Translations under genes and position numbers: made by a program | Source of the DNA: Eledone cirrhosa | Taxonomy: Eukaryota | Direction of reading: 5' to 3' | DNA length: 64,000 nucleotides | NCBI GenBank assembly: GCA_964016885.1 | Contig: OZ024742.1 | Span: 303,118,001-303,182,000, forward strand | The notes under the pieces: model-generated | Database searches by the model: none | The model's input: the letters and a program-made list of their open reading frames with translations, nothing else | What the model was told of the DNA's origin: nothing | Shown: positions 14,183-27,675 of the stretch, piece after piece | Position numbering within the stretch: the stretch's first letter is position 1 | Layout of the letters: every line of letters begins with the position of its first letter

Positions 14183-14266
14183 ACCTTTACCGATCGGTTT
14201 CGAATCCCAAAAATAAAACGGAGACCATACGGCCTTCGTTGCAAAGAAAGATTCTCGTCAGAAGGT
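14183..14266 (-). ncRNA. Type I hammerhead ribozyme (P2)
   Basis: Reverse complement of 14705-14788. Confidence 0.85.
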
Positions 14267-14704
14267 TCTTTTCATTCAAAGAATATAAAATTCCTGAATT
14301 TAAATCACAAACTAGCGCTATCAAAACTGTTCCTGGGATGAGAGTGGATGAAGAAACAGGTTTATCAAGGGCATTGTTTATATTTGTTCTGGCTCGTTAA
14401 TTTATTAACCCGCCATTGAACCACACTGGCATTTGGTTGGACAATACATGCGTACCTTGGCGCCTTGTGCGTGAAGGAACGTATATCCTATTACTACTAC
14501 CTCCACTAATGTTGAGAACAAAATTGGTTGTTCTGACTGCTGCTAGCAATAGCTGTGGCTAGTTTGACCTACCTCCTTTTGCCTCTATCTTTGCTACGGC
14601 CCTTGATAAACCTGTTTCTTCATCCACTCTCATCCCAGGAACAGTTTTGATAGCGCTAGTGTGTGATTTAAATTCAGGAATTTTATATTCTTTGAATGAA
14701 AAGA

Positions 14705-14788
14705 ACCTTCTGACGAGAATCTTTCTTTGCAACGAAGGCCGTATGGTCTCCGTTTTATTTTTGGGATTCGAAACCGATCGGTAAAGGT
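14705..14788 (+). ncRNA. Type I hammerhead ribozyme (P2)
   Basis: ACCUU-CUGACGA-GAAUC...GAUUC-GAAA-CCGAUCGG-UA-AAGGU: 5-bp stem I, intact core, G-C-closed stem II, palindromic stem III. Predicted cleavage after A14783. Confidence 0.88.
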
Positions 14789-14855
14789 AACTATAGTAGG
14801 TAAAGTCAATTTTTTAAAATTTATTTTGAAACTTTTTCATTATTTGCTAAACCTT

Positions 14856-15057
<202 letters not shown>

Positions 15058-15086
15058 ATGTGTGTGTATGTATATATATGTTTATG

Positions 15087-15302
15087 AAGGCGTGTGGCTG
15101 AGTGGTTAGAGTATTGGATTCACAATCGTGAGGTTGTGAGTTCGATTCCTGAACCAGGCGATGCGTTATGTCCTTGAGCAAGACACTTTATTTCACGTTG
15201 CTCCTTCTACCTGGAGTTGCGACCGATAGATAGTATTAGCAATTGGAAAGACCAACGGAAACATAGTTTCCTCGGTCCGATTTGACGAAAGTCGATCGAC
15301 TA

Positions 15303-15303
<1 letters not shown>
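15087..15303 (+). mobile_element. tRNA-derived SINE S2
   Basis: A-box TGGCTGAGTGG and B-box GAGTTCGATTCC, then GTCCTTGAGCAAGACACTT. The 3' part is similar to ~8545-8610. Confidence 0.75.
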
Positions 15304-15348
<45 letters not shown>

Positions 15349-15381
15349 ATGTGTGTGTGTGTATGTATATATATGTTTATG

Positions 15382-15455
<74 letters not shown>

Positions 15456-15460
<5 letters not shown>

Positions 15461-15951
15461 CTAAACGGAATAGAAAATGCTGACAAATTGTTCACAGTTG
15501 AAAAATGGTTTAATTAGGAATAAAAGAGTATTAGTGATTGTATGGGTTAGTATTCAGTTGTGGTTTTAAGTTTTTAAGTTTTTACCGGTTGCGCATTTCT
15601 AAATGCTTTTCAAAAATAATTTTGAGATAGAGTGTCCGTGCTGTTTGCTCTGATCTGATTAGTTTTGGGAATTCTACCTGTTTTTATGTTAGAAAAAGTG
15701 GCTCCAGCGTTATTTTTGTGTTGCAAAAATGCTTGTGGTCAAAACAATTTTGATTGGTCGGTAGAGGTCATGTGAATGTAAAAAGTTGATTTTGCGCCAA
15801 GACTGTTTTTATGTTAAAAAAGTGGCTCCAGCAAAAATTCTTGGTCAAAACAATTTTGATTGGTCGGTAGAGGTCATGTGGATAAAAAATTGGTTTTGCG
15901 CCAAGATTGAGAAATGACTCTTTCACAACAAATATGTGTGTGTGTGTGTGT

Positions 15952-15992
<41 letters not shown>

Positions 15993-16080
15993 CGTGTGTG
16001 TAGTAGTAGTAGTAAGGTGTTCGATGCTGCGACAATGGCCAGCAGCGATGTGTGTCAAATGGCTATTAAGATAAGTGTGT

Positions 16081-16148
<68 letters not shown>

Positions 16149-16311
16149 CAGAGTAATTCGATGGTCAGTAAGAATGTGTCTGAAAGCAATGGGGGGAATT
16201 TTAGCATGTCAAAAGATATTTTTCAGCTTTTGTCTTATACGGAGTAGTGCGTGTGTGTGTGTGTGTATAAGTCTCTTTGTATGTTGATGTACGCGTGTGT
16301 ATGTGTTTGTG

Positions 16312-16354
<43 letters not shown>

Positions 16355-16812
16355 ACCAGTATTCTACCGTCTAATCAAAATTGTTTTGACCAAGAATTTT
16401 TGCTGGAGCCACTTTTTTAACATAAAAACAGTCTTGGCGCAAAATCAACTTTTTACATTCACATGACCTCTACCGACCAATCAAAATTGTTTTGACCACA
16501 AGCATTTTTGCAACACAAAAATAACGCTGGAGCCACTTTTCTAACATAAAAACAGGTAGAATTCCCAAAACTAATCAGATCAGAGCAAACAGCACGGACA
16601 CTCTATCTCAAAATTATTTTTGAAAAGCATTTAGAAATGCGCAACCGGTAAAAACTTAAAAACTTAAAACCACAACTGAATACTAACCCATACAATCACT
16701 AATACTCTTTTATTCCTAATTAAACCATTTTTCAACTGTGAACAATTTGTCAGCATTTTCTATTCCGTTTACCAATATATAATAACTTGTGTGTTACACC
16801 TCTATTCTTTTA
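15456..16812. repeat. Inverted pair of an unclassified ~420-bp repeat (15456-15870 versus 16363-16775) around GT microsatellites
   Basis: Arms are near-perfect reverse complements with an internal ~105-bp duplication. A third, diverged copy lies at ~25333-25570. Confidence 0.85.
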
Positions 16813-16924
16813 ACTATATATATATATATATATATATATAAGTTATTCCGGGTTGAATCGGAGGTAACTACAGTAAGTAAGGTACTCAATACATAGCAGA
16901 GTATAAATGTTATAATATAGGAGA

Positions 16925-16973
16925 GATTCTACAGGACTAGAACGGTTTCATTCGTGAGAAATCATCAGGAAGT
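16925..16973 (-). ncRNA. Type I hammerhead (P3), core intact
   Basis: UUC-CUGAUGA-U-UUC ucac GAA-U-GAAA-CcG uucuaguc CUG-UA-GAA. Confidence 0.65.
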
Positions 16974-17022
16974 GCTTCCTGATCCTTTCTCACGAATGAA
17001 ACAGTTCTGGTCCTGTAGAAGC
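16974..17022 (+). ncRNA. Type I hammerhead (P3), core mutated (CUGAUCC)
   Basis: GCUUC-CUGAUcc-U-UUC ucac GAA-U-GAAA-CAG uucugguc CUG-UA-GAAGC; stems I and III are perfect. Confidence 0.6.
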
Positions 17023-17024
17023 TC

Positions 17025-17145
<121 letters not shown>

Positions 17146-17160
17146 TACACATATATACTG

Positions 17161-17209
<49 letters not shown>

Positions 17210-17221
17210 ACATATATACTG

Positions 17222-17278
<57 letters not shown>

Positions 17279-17472
17279 TCAGGCTTGAGGTTCACCACTG
17301 TATAGAGCTGGTCTATTCCGTATGGTCAATCGTAATGCAATAATATAGAGAGTACTCAACGTAAAGCAGTTCAACCGTCTTTGTTTTTGTAGTTGGTGGT
17401 GCTATTACGGAGTTAAATATTATAATGAAATGACAGGAGGCTGGACCTGTGTAAATCCTTGAAAGGTTTATT

Positions 17473-17530
17473 ATACTATGATCATTTCAATGACCGGGTT
17501 CCGTATGAATCCGGTGATATCATCAGGTAT
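17473..17530 (-). ncRNA. Type I hammerhead (P4)
   Basis: Reverse complement of 21779-21836. Confidence 0.75.
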
Positions 17531-17979
17531 TCGAAATATAATACGTGAATGTAATAGGTAAAATCCATGGGGCTGAAAATCGAGACCCGAGGGCGACCGC
17601 TATTCTGTTCCTTCAACCTCAGCCGGTCGCCCTGGAGTGACGTGGCTAAATTTTACAGTATGCTACTACCGGTCAGATGAACGAAAACAGAAAGGATGGG
17701 AGCATAGGTTAACGTCGATCCCATGACACAAGGTAAAAGAAAGAAAGAAAGGAAGGAGAGAGAAGAAGGGGGAAGAAAGAAGTAGAGAAGCCAGGGTTAA
17801 TGTCAGCTAAAAGAGGAAGGCAACTACTACTGGTCAGATATAGGCAAGCAAGAGGGGGAAGGAAGATAATTCTGCGGGAGGAAGACAGGGGGAGGGGAGA
17901 AGAGAAGGATGGGAAGAGAGAAGTAGAAAAGTAAGGGTTGATGGCTACAAGAAGGAAGATAGAAAGAAAGAGGAAGAAA

Positions 17980-19142
17980 GGTCGATATTAATGTCAGACC
18001 ACGGTCAAGCCAGGAGTGGCGGGAGAAAATTTTCACAGGGACCCGCATCTTAGCAGAGATGAATATATTGGGAGTCAGTGTTTTACAGTGTTTAGACTTC
18101 TAGGATGAAGTTAAAAAATTAATAAATTAATAATCAATATTCCATATTAAAGAGGTTAGAAAATTTAAAGCTCAACAGTTTCAGGTTGATATATCTAATA
18201 GTTCCGATTTGTTCTGTAATTTAAAGGTACTATTTGGCGGTTAAAACACCGGCCGCGCCCCGGGCCCCATGGCGAACCAAGCCACGCCGAGTATTTTCAT
18301 TCACTGAAAGAAGGGGAAATTTATTTTTCCAAGCACTCCAGGTGAGCTCGTTCGCCAGGGAGCCGGTCGCGCCGCCATCAAAACCCACCCAACAGTCCGA
18401 CAGAAAGTTGGAACTTTAAAATTTTGCTTAGAGAAGTAAAAGAGTAATGGTTGATAGCTACGAGAAGGAAGATAGAAAGAGAGAGGAAGGAAGGTCGATA
18501 TTAATGTCACACCACAGTCGGGCTAGGAGTGGCGCGACAAAATTTTCACAGGGACTCGCATCTTAGCAGAAGTGAATATATTGGGGGTCAATGTGTTACA
18601 ATGTTTAGACTTATAGGATGAAGTTAAAAAATTAATAAATTAATAATCAATATTCCATATTAAAGAGGTTAGAAAATTTAAAGCTCAACAGTTTCAGGTT
18701 GATATATCTAATAGTTCCGATTTGTTCTGTAATTTAAAGGTACTATTTGGCGGTTAAAACACCGGCCGCGCCCCGGGCCCCATGGCGAACTAAGCCACGC
18801 CGAGTATTTTCATTTACTGAAAGAAGGGGAAATTTATTTTTCCAAGCACTCCAGGTGAGCTCGTTCGCCAGGGAGCCGGTCGCGCCGCCATGAAAACCCA
18901 CCCAACAGTCCGACAGAAAGTTGGAACTTTAAAATTTTGCTTAGAGAAGTAAAAGAGTAATGGTTGATAGCTACAAGAAGGAAGATAGAAAGAGAGAGGA
19001 AGGAAGGTCGATATTAATGTCACACCACAGTCGGGCCAGGAGTGGCGCGACAAAATTTTCACAGGGACTCGCATCCTAGCAGAGGTGAATATATTGGGGG
19101 TCAATGTGTTACAATGTTTAGACTTATAGGATGAAGTTAAAA
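17980..19142. repeat. 513-bp tandem repeat (~2.3 units) inside the P4 arm; mirrored at 20278-21330
   Basis: GGATGAAGTTAAAAA recurs at 18103, 18616 and 19129. Confidence 0.9.
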
Positions 19143-19311
19143 ATCACAGAATATCCGAACTTCGACGAAACTCCACGGACTGGACCATAACATGTATTGT
19201 ACTGCACTGAATTAACTAAATGGCTACCCTATACTTCTGGGCATGTATAACTCACACTGAACTCCCAGACTCGAACACACACTGTTCCCACATCTATATG
19301 CATTATCTGAC

Positions 19312-20010
19312 TGCAACTTGAACTATATTGTATTTCTCCTGTGTCTTGAACTCTCCATTTAATAGACAACGACTCTTGTTTGTTTATTTATACCTTTACA
19401 TCTTTATTTGCTGTATTAATGCTCCTCCACGTATTCTACCTCTATACATCCATGTACTTTCTACTTCCCTTATTCGGACTTTTACTCGCGTGTACCCTAG
19501 CACACGTCACTGAAATATCTCCCCCTGGGAACATAAATACCGCAACCTGAACTATATTGTATTTCTCCTGTGTCTTGAACTCTACATTTACTAGACAACG
19601 ACTATTGTTTGTTTATCTATATCTTCACATCTTTGTTTGCTGTATTAATGTCTTTCCACGTACTCTATCCCTATACATCCATGTACTTTTTACTCCCCTT
19701 ATTCGGACTTTTACTCGCGTGCACCCTTAGCACACGACACAAGATTGCCCCCCCCCCCCGGAACATAAATACTGCAACCTGAACTATATTGTAATTCTCC
19801 TATGTCCTGATTTCTCCATCTTACTCCAACACCACTCTTGTTGGTTTATTTACATGTTTATACCTATATATTGATATGTTTATATATTTATACCTCTGCT
19901 GTACCAATGTGCTCTTCCACGTATTCCACTTCTATGTATCCATGTATTTCTACTCCTCACATTGGGACCTGTACCCATTAGCACACGACACTAGAATGTC
20001 TCCTCCTGAG
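19312..20010 (+). repeat. ~230-bp tandem repeat, 3 diverging units, in the P4 spacer
   Basis: TGAACTATATTGTA recurs at 19319, 19549 and 19780. Confidence 0.9.
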
Positions 20011-21778
20011 AACAAAAATTAAACATTACACGACTATATCCCGTACTCTACATCCCACTAGGATAAATTACAGATCTACATAATACAATTAACGTTTCTT
20101 CATAAAACACTATTTAATTAAACCCCGCAACCCAAAACTTCATAGAAGTTATTTGAATGTTTAATCTTCAATTTTCTGTTTGTTCAATTCTCAATCCTCT
20201 CACTCCTTAGTTTTATAATGTTATTCTGAATTCTTTCAACTTCATCCGATAGAGTTAAGCAAAATTCTAAAGGTCCAACTGTGGTGTGACATTAATATCG
20301 ACCTTCCTTCCTCTCTCTTTCTATCTTCCTTCTTGTAGCTATCAACCATTACTCTTTTACTTCTCTAAGCAAAATTCTAAAGTTCCAACTTTCTGTCGGA
20401 CTGTTGGGTGGGTTTTCATAGCGGCGCGACCGGCTCCCTGGCGAACGAGCTCACCTGGAGTGCTTGGAAAAATAAATTTCCCCTTCTTTCAGTAAATGAA
20501 AATACTCGGCGTGGCTTAGTTCGCCATGGGGCCCGGGGCGCGGCCGGTGTTTTAACCGCCAAATAGTACCTTTAAATTACAGAAAAAATCGGAACTATTA
20601 GATATATCAACCTGAAACTGTTGAGCTTTAAATTTTCTAACCTCTTTAATATGGAATATTGATTATTAATTTATTAATTTTTTAACTTCATCCTATAAGT
20701 CTAAACATTGTAACACATTGACCCCCAATATATTCACCTCTGCTAAGATGCGAGTCCCTGTGAAAATTTTGTCGCGCCACTCCTAGCCCGACTGTGGTGT
20801 GACATTAATATCGACCTTCCTTCCTCTCTCTTTCTATCTTCCTTCTCGTAGCTATCAACCATTACTCTTTTACTTCTCTAAGCAAAATTTTAAAGTTCCA
20901 ACTTTCTGTCGGACTGTTGGGTGGGTTTTGATGGCGGCGCGACCGGCTCCCTGGCGAACGAGCTCACCTGGAGTGCTTGGAAAAATAAATTTCCCCTTCT
21001 TTCAGTAAATGAAAATACTCGGCGTGGCTTGGTTCGCCATGGGGCCCGGGGCGCGGCCGGTGTTTTAACCGCCAAATAGTACCTTTAAATTACAGAACAA
21101 ATCGGAACTATTAGATATATCAACCTGAAACTGTTGAGCTTTAAATTTTCTAACCTCTTTAATATGGAATATTGATTATTAATTTATTAATTTTTTAACT
21201 TCATCCTAGAAGTCTAAACACTGTAAAACACTGACTCCCAATATATTCATCTCTGCTAAGATGCGGGTCCCTGTGAAAATTTTCTCCCGCCACTCCTGGC
21301 TTGACCGTGGTCTGACATTAATATCGACCTTTCTTCCTCTTTCTTTCTATCTTCCTTCTTGTAGCCATCAACCCTTACTTTTCTACTTCTCTCTTCCCAT
21401 CCTTCTCTTCTCCCCTCCCCCTGTCTTCCTCCCGCAGAATTATCTTCCTTCCCCCTCTTGCTTGCCTATATCTGACCAGTAGTAGTTGCCTTCCTCTTTT
21501 AGCTGACATTAACCCTGGCTTCTCTACTTCTTTCTTCCCCCTTCTTCTCTCTCCTTCCTTTCTTTCTTTCTTTTACCTTGTGTCATGGGATCGACGTTAA
21601 CCTATGCTCCCATCCTTTCTGTTTTCGTTCATCTGACCGGTAGTAGCATACTGTAAAATTTAGCCACGTCACTCCAGGGCGACCGGCTGAGGTTGAAGGA
21701 ACAGAATAGCGGTCGCCCTCGGGTCTCGATTTTCAGCCCCATGGATTTTACCTATTACATTCACGTATTATATTTCGA

Positions 21779-21836
21779 ATACCTGATGATATCACCGGAT
21801 TCATACGGAACCCGGTCATTGAAATGATCATAGTAT
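21779..21836 (+). ncRNA. Type I hammerhead (P4)
   Basis: AUAC-CUGAUGA-U-AUcACCGG...CCGGUcAU-U-GAAA-UGAUCA-UA-GUAU; palindromic stem III. Confidence 0.75.
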
Positions 21837-21884
21837 AATAAACCTTTCAAGGATTTACACAGGTCCAGCCTCCTGTCATTTCAT

Positions 21885-21958
<74 letters not shown>

Positions 21959-21960
21959 TG

Positions 21961-22038
<78 letters not shown>

Positions 22039-22041
22039 TAC

Positions 22042-22117
<76 letters not shown>

Positions 22118-22121
22118 TATA

Positions 22122-22181
<60 letters not shown>

Positions 22182-23062
22182 GTGTGTGTTTCTTTGAGTG
22201 TGTATATGTAGTTTCATGTGAATAATGATACTCGTCTCACTAACGTATATGGCAGACCTTAACGTATTTCTATTCTGAATGCTTTCCTGTGATAATTTCT
22301 CTCGGCTATATCGTTTGTCTTACATATATACAGTATTGATAATAAAAGTTGCAGTGAAGGAAAGTCGCGTCAGCTCTATCTTAAGATCAAAAGTAAATTT
22401 AATATTCATCAATCTGTTTTCCTTACGCTATACAGAAAACGAGAGGAGAGTCTTCAGCCTGAATTCATTTAAAAACATTTTTACCACTTTGCTTTTGTAT
22501 TCGTGTTTACTACGTATATATTAATGAGACTATGTGCAAAACGTATCGCTGAATCATATGTTGATGGACAATTCTTCATAAGGAAGAGATCTTCTAAAAG
22601 AAACAGAATTTGATAAATAGGAACAAGATGAAATATGAGATAAAACGAAGAGCTTGTCTGATACTCTGCTATCTGTAAAGTGTGAAATTCTGTAGTGTGT
22701 AGAATTTTTAAGTATTTCACACCTATCTTCAATTGATCATCTCATATATATTTTAAATAACATCGAAACGTCAGATGCTGAGTGGGTTTCTAGATGACCA
22801 ATGAATTACAAGGCCTGCCTTCAGATTTTAAGGATTACTGACAATATATATTATTTGAATTACAATTCACAAACTTATGGGAAGTACAAATGTCATTACT
22901 ATTTCACTCTATAATGATCACGGTGACTAAAAGACATCATTAAATCTATATTTGTATGTGTTGTCCATGGTCGATTCTAAATTAATTCTAATAGAGAAGA
23001 TATCAGTACTGGAATGAAAATAATGGATTGACTAAAAAAACAACAACAAGCGATTTATGTAT

Positions 23063-23220
<158 letters not shown>

Positions 23221-23419
23221 ATATTAAATAAATGGAAACTATATTTATAAAACCATATTTATTCTATTATATATATTTCAAGGGTACCAAAAATGTTGGT
23301 ATGCTATCATCAGATAAAATACCAAGTGTGTTTTATAAATGTTGACATAACCAAGGATAATATACCTTAACGGTTCAAGTTATCCCTGGATAATGGATAT
23401 ATATATATATATATATATA

Positions 23420-24227
23420 ATTTGATTTATTAGAGGGATGAACACAGATATAAGTATACACGTGTTCCAATTGCAAATGACCAAGTTAGCTAGGTTGAAA
23501 AAATACTAATTTAAAACAAAATCGAGTCAGGCAATCCATATTGTTTTTAATTAGTATTTTTTCAACCTAGCTAACTTGGTCATTTGCAATTGAAACACAT
23601 GTATACTTGTATTTGTGTTCATCCCTCTCATATATCCAATTATATTACACGGCTCGGAAAGATTCACTTCTTTCAGCTACTTAATTGTAAAATACTATTT
23701 TGAGTTTATAACTCAATCTATGACATTCTCGGCTCCGTATGTAGAGCTAACCTTAGTCTCATAAACCCAGCTGCTATTTTTAGCGGCATGAGTATGAGAC
23801 GCAATAGGCGCTGCGACATGCGCGTTTATACCAGCACTTCGTCCAGTCTTCTTAGATCCTTTGAAGTGAAAGGTACGAATTTTCCTGCATACCCGCAGAT
23901 GAGCACAGGAATTCTAGCTTTCACTTAATAATTCTTGCGAAACAGATTTTGTTCTGTCCGGGTATCGAAGGCTATTGCCCGATATAGGTTTGTTATTTTT
24001 ATTGATTTATTACTTTAAATCGAGTCAGGCAAACCATATTGTTTTAAATTAGTATTTTTTCAACCTAGCTAACTTGGTCCTTTGCAATTGGAACACATGT
24101 ATACTTGTATCTGTGTTCATCCCTCTCCCCTCTCATATATCTAATTATATTACACGGCTCGGGAAGATTCCCTTCTTTGAGCTACTTAATTGTAAAAGAC
24201 TATTTTGAGTTTATAACTCAATCTATG
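23420..24227 (+). mobile_element. PLE/retrozyme-type element, family P5: inverted ~90-bp head plus 1.4 tandem copies of a 498-bp unit, in (TA)n
   Basis: ATCGAGTCAGGCAA at 23521 and 24019. 23433-23518 is inverted against ~23541-23627. One HHR per unit. Confidence 0.8.
23889..23965 (+). ncRNA. Type I hammerhead (P5) with full stem III; U4A core change
   Basis: AUACCCG-CAGAUGA-GCA...UGC-GAAA-CAGA uuuugu UCUG-UC-CGGGUAU: 7-bp stem I and a GUC site. Confidence 0.8.
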
Positions 24228-24969
24228 ATATATATATATATAGAGAGGTACATACATATATATGCACTGGTACTCCATGTAGTACGAAATAAAAAAAATC
24301 CAACGAGATCAGTTGATTAGAGTTCTTGTTTTTGTAGTAGGATATAATCATATAAGAGTTCGTTGACCATTCAACCGAGTAATAGAATCATATATAGGCA
24401 GAAGAATGAAAACATAAAGCGAAGTTTTGTGCATAAACAAGCTTTTACCCTTCACAGCTGAGAGGCTTGTCAAGAAAACCATTAAGCAAGTTGTAACGTA
24501 AATATAGAGACTAGGTTAATCAATCTTCAACCTCCACGCCCGGACGTACTCTCATAGAAACAACATCGAATTTGTCCGGTACTTTGTATATAGCCTGCAT
24601 TGCATTAGACATGTTACATATGAACCTTATTACTTAAGATGCTATCAGAGGATATCGTGCTACTGGTTGCGTGAAGACATCATTACGTAATTATTAGCGC
24701 CACAGAAACATATTTTACGGCAGAGTGATAATATGTGAATTATGAATATCTACATTTGATCTTCGTAAATTACATTATTGTACGTTTACTCCACCATGGA
24801 CTACCAATTCGGATTTAGAAAGCTACAGATGATGTTGAGTGCTTGAACCTAATTGCATCATCGTTTACATACTGTAGTGTTGAATACACAACCCTGGTTT
24901 GCGACTATTTTATAACACAAATACACACACAACACACACGCACACACACACATTCACCCCATATATATA

Positions 24970-25046
24970 TTAGGTTGTAACATAAATTCCCGCCGTTTTT
25001 TACTAAACAAATTATAACAACGGCGGGAATTTATGTTACATCCCAA
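24970..25046. mobile_element. 77-bp Tc1/mariner-type MITE
   Basis: 28-bp TIRs TTAGGTTGTAACATAAATTCCCGCCGTT (2 mismatches) with TA on both sides. Confidence 0.75.
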
Positions 25047-25242
25047 TATATAAGATTAGTTGCTGAATATCTACATTTGTTAAAGTTAGTTAATGTAACA
25101 TTTACAATGATTTTTATGCTATTTCAACATAAACATCGATTAAAGAACGCACACTTACAGTTGGCTCAGTTGATACACACATGCACACAAATACTGACGT
25201 GCAATTACTGAGAGGTATATTATATATGTACACACACAAACA

Positions 25243-25321
<79 letters not shown>

Positions 25322-25570
25322 TGATCATATCCCAAACTGATCAGATTAGAGCAAACATCACGGGCGCTCTATTTCAAAATTATTTTTGAAAAGCATTAGA
25401 AATGCGCAACCGGTAAAAACTTAAAACTAAAACTGAATACTAACCAATACTTATTACTAATTTTTACTTATTCCTAATTAAACTATTTTTCACTGGGAAC
25501 AATTTGTCAGCATTTTCTTTTCCTCTTACCAATATATCACAACTCGTGTGTTACACCTCTATTCTTTTAA

Positions 25571-25628
<58 letters not shown>

Positions 25629-25848
25629 CGTTTCTGAATTTGTTTAGCAAGATTCTTTATCTGAAATCGTGTGTTGAAACCGATATTGTTATACTTTGGG
25701 AGGGTCATGTTGCCAATAAGAAACACACGCACTAGTTGCTTTCACTTCAATTTATTATATATTTATAAATTTATAAATTTACAAATTTACAAACTTATAA
25801 ATTTCTGGTTGGTTGGTTGGTTCCACAACCAGATAGTTGTTTATATAT

Positions 25849-25893
25849 AGTCATAGTCCTTTCGTCACACACTCTGTGACCTCTTCAGTGACT
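25849..25893 (-). ncRNA. Minimal type I hammerhead (P1)
   Basis: Reverse complement of 26004-26048. Confidence 0.7.
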
Positions 25894-26003
25894 GGGGATT
25901 CCTTTGCTTTGTTTCTGTGCCTTTCCTTTCTTCTATCCTACGCCAGAAAAATGGCGTAGGATAGAAGAAAGGAAAGGCACAGAAACAAAGGAAAGGAATC
26001 CCC

Positions 26004-26048
26004 AGTCACTGAAGAGGTCACAGAGTGTGTGACGAAAGGACTATGACT
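26004..26048 (+). ncRNA. Minimal type I hammerhead (P1)
   Basis: AGUCA-CUGAAGA-G-GUCACA gagug UGUGAC-GAAA-ggac-UA-UGACU. Confidence 0.7.
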
Positions 26049-26206
26049 ATATATAAACAACTATCTGGTTGTGGAACCAACCAACCGACCAGAAATTTAT
26101 AAGTTTGTAAATTTGTAAATTTATAAATTTATAAATATATAATAAATTGAAGTGAAAGCAACTGGTGCGTGTGTTTCTTATTGGCAACATGACCCTCCCA
26201 AAGTAT

Positions 26207-26331
<125 letters not shown>

Positions 26332-26344
26332 CACATACATACAA

Positions 26345-26388
<44 letters not shown>

Positions 26389-26439
26389 GTATGTATATAC
26401 ATATATATATGTGTATATATATATATATATATATACATA

Positions 26440-26480
<41 letters not shown>

Positions 26481-26499
26481 AATATATATATATACATCG

Positions 26500-27175
26500 T
26501 GGTGGTAGTCCTGCTGTGAACGTGGCTTTTGTTGCTGTTATTTGTGATCGCTGATTGTAGGGATGATGGTGGTGTTGGTGGTGGGGCAGAGTGAATGGTT
26601 CTGGCTGTGGTGTGGTGATGATGATGATGATGATGATGACGGCCATGATGATATTGTTGTTGAAATATACTTCTAATAATGCTGCTGTTAATGATGATGT
26701 TTAAAGCTGTCAAACCGTTACATATGTTAGGGTGTATTTGATCTGTCCACGACTTCTCTCTCTGGCAAGCAAATCAAAATCAGAAACAGTAGCATCAGTG
26801 TTAGCACCATTATAAAATATTACAGCAGCACTATTATTAACAGCATCATAACCTTTGCCAGCACCAGTGCCACCTCAGCAGCAGCAGCATTACCTGTAAT
26901 AGTACAATCAGCAGCAGCATCCTTACCAGCAGTTATCAGCAGCAGCAGTAGCATAACCACAATCTTATATCATGATGATGATGATCATCATCATCATTAT
27001 CATCATCAGTGGCTGCAGCACTATTACAAGCAGTAGTTACATTATCAGCTGTAACATCATTATCAGCAGTAACCATCATCAGCAGTAACCTTAACAACAG
27101 TGCTACCATCAGTCTAAGCAGCAGCAAAGACAACAACAACATTAACAGCAGCAGCAGTAGTGGCAGCAGTAAGTG
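26500..27175. repeat. Degenerate trinucleotide low-complexity region (GAT/GGT, then CAG/CAT)
   Basis: Runs of gatgat, cagcag and catcat. Confidence 0.8.
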
Positions 27176-27675
27176 AAGTGTCTAAGTATTGAAGTGAACA
27201 TGGTCCGAACTGTGATTCTTCTACCGTATTGCTTTAAATTGTCACTACTCTCGATGTTAAATATGGTAAAGTATAATATGATGTTAGAAGGAATGTGTCA
27301 ATAGTTCACAATGTTATACCTTCAAATACTTCCTCTCATTTCTATGAGAGTTAAGACACAAGATATTCAACCAAGTACTAATTGGTCGACTGGGGAGACA
27401 ATGTGACAATATTCTATAAAACTTGGAAATAACAGACAAACCTCTCGGTCAAAAATCTTCCAAGGTTAATTGCTTCTGAGTTTCTTGAATAAATCTTTAT
27501 CTATAACAATATGTGATGAAACTGAAACTAATAAATGCTTCAAATTCTTCTTATACTTTTTTTTATTTCGTCCTTCTTTCTATTTATTGTATTTTTGGCT
27601 TTCTTTAATTTTATGTTTGTTTGTGTTCATTATACGTTTTTCCTTTTTATAGCCAACATTGTTATTATTATTATT

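Larger units (their letters stand above)
17277..21888. mobile_element. 4.6-kb non-autonomous Penelope-like element (family P4) with 1.61-kb inverted arms
   Basis: 17421-19031 is the near-exact reverse complement of 20278-21888. There is an HHR near each outer end. Both flanks are the same interrupted (TA)n/CTGTATA microsatellite. Confidence 0.8.

Noticed and set aside
15087-15160. tRNA gene
   Set aside because: A and B boxes are present but no complete cloverleaf; it continues into a SINE body. The same applies to the S1 heads.
17827-21482. Repeated short ORFs (MRVPVKI..., MTLISTF...) in the P4 arms
   Set aside because: They are short, pyrimidine-biased frames with no RT or GIY-YIG motifs that I can support.
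22737-22778. CATCT...GAAACGTCAGATG hammerhead 3' half
   Set aside because: No CUGANGA core remains.
23756-23809. SECIS element (as in selenoprotein-encoding Naiad PLEs)
   Set aside because: The hairpin lacks a properly placed AUGA/GA quartet, and there is no upstream ORF.
26500-27175. Poly-Gln/His host exon
   Set aside because: Frames are interrupted by stops; it is decayed trinucleotide repeat DNA.
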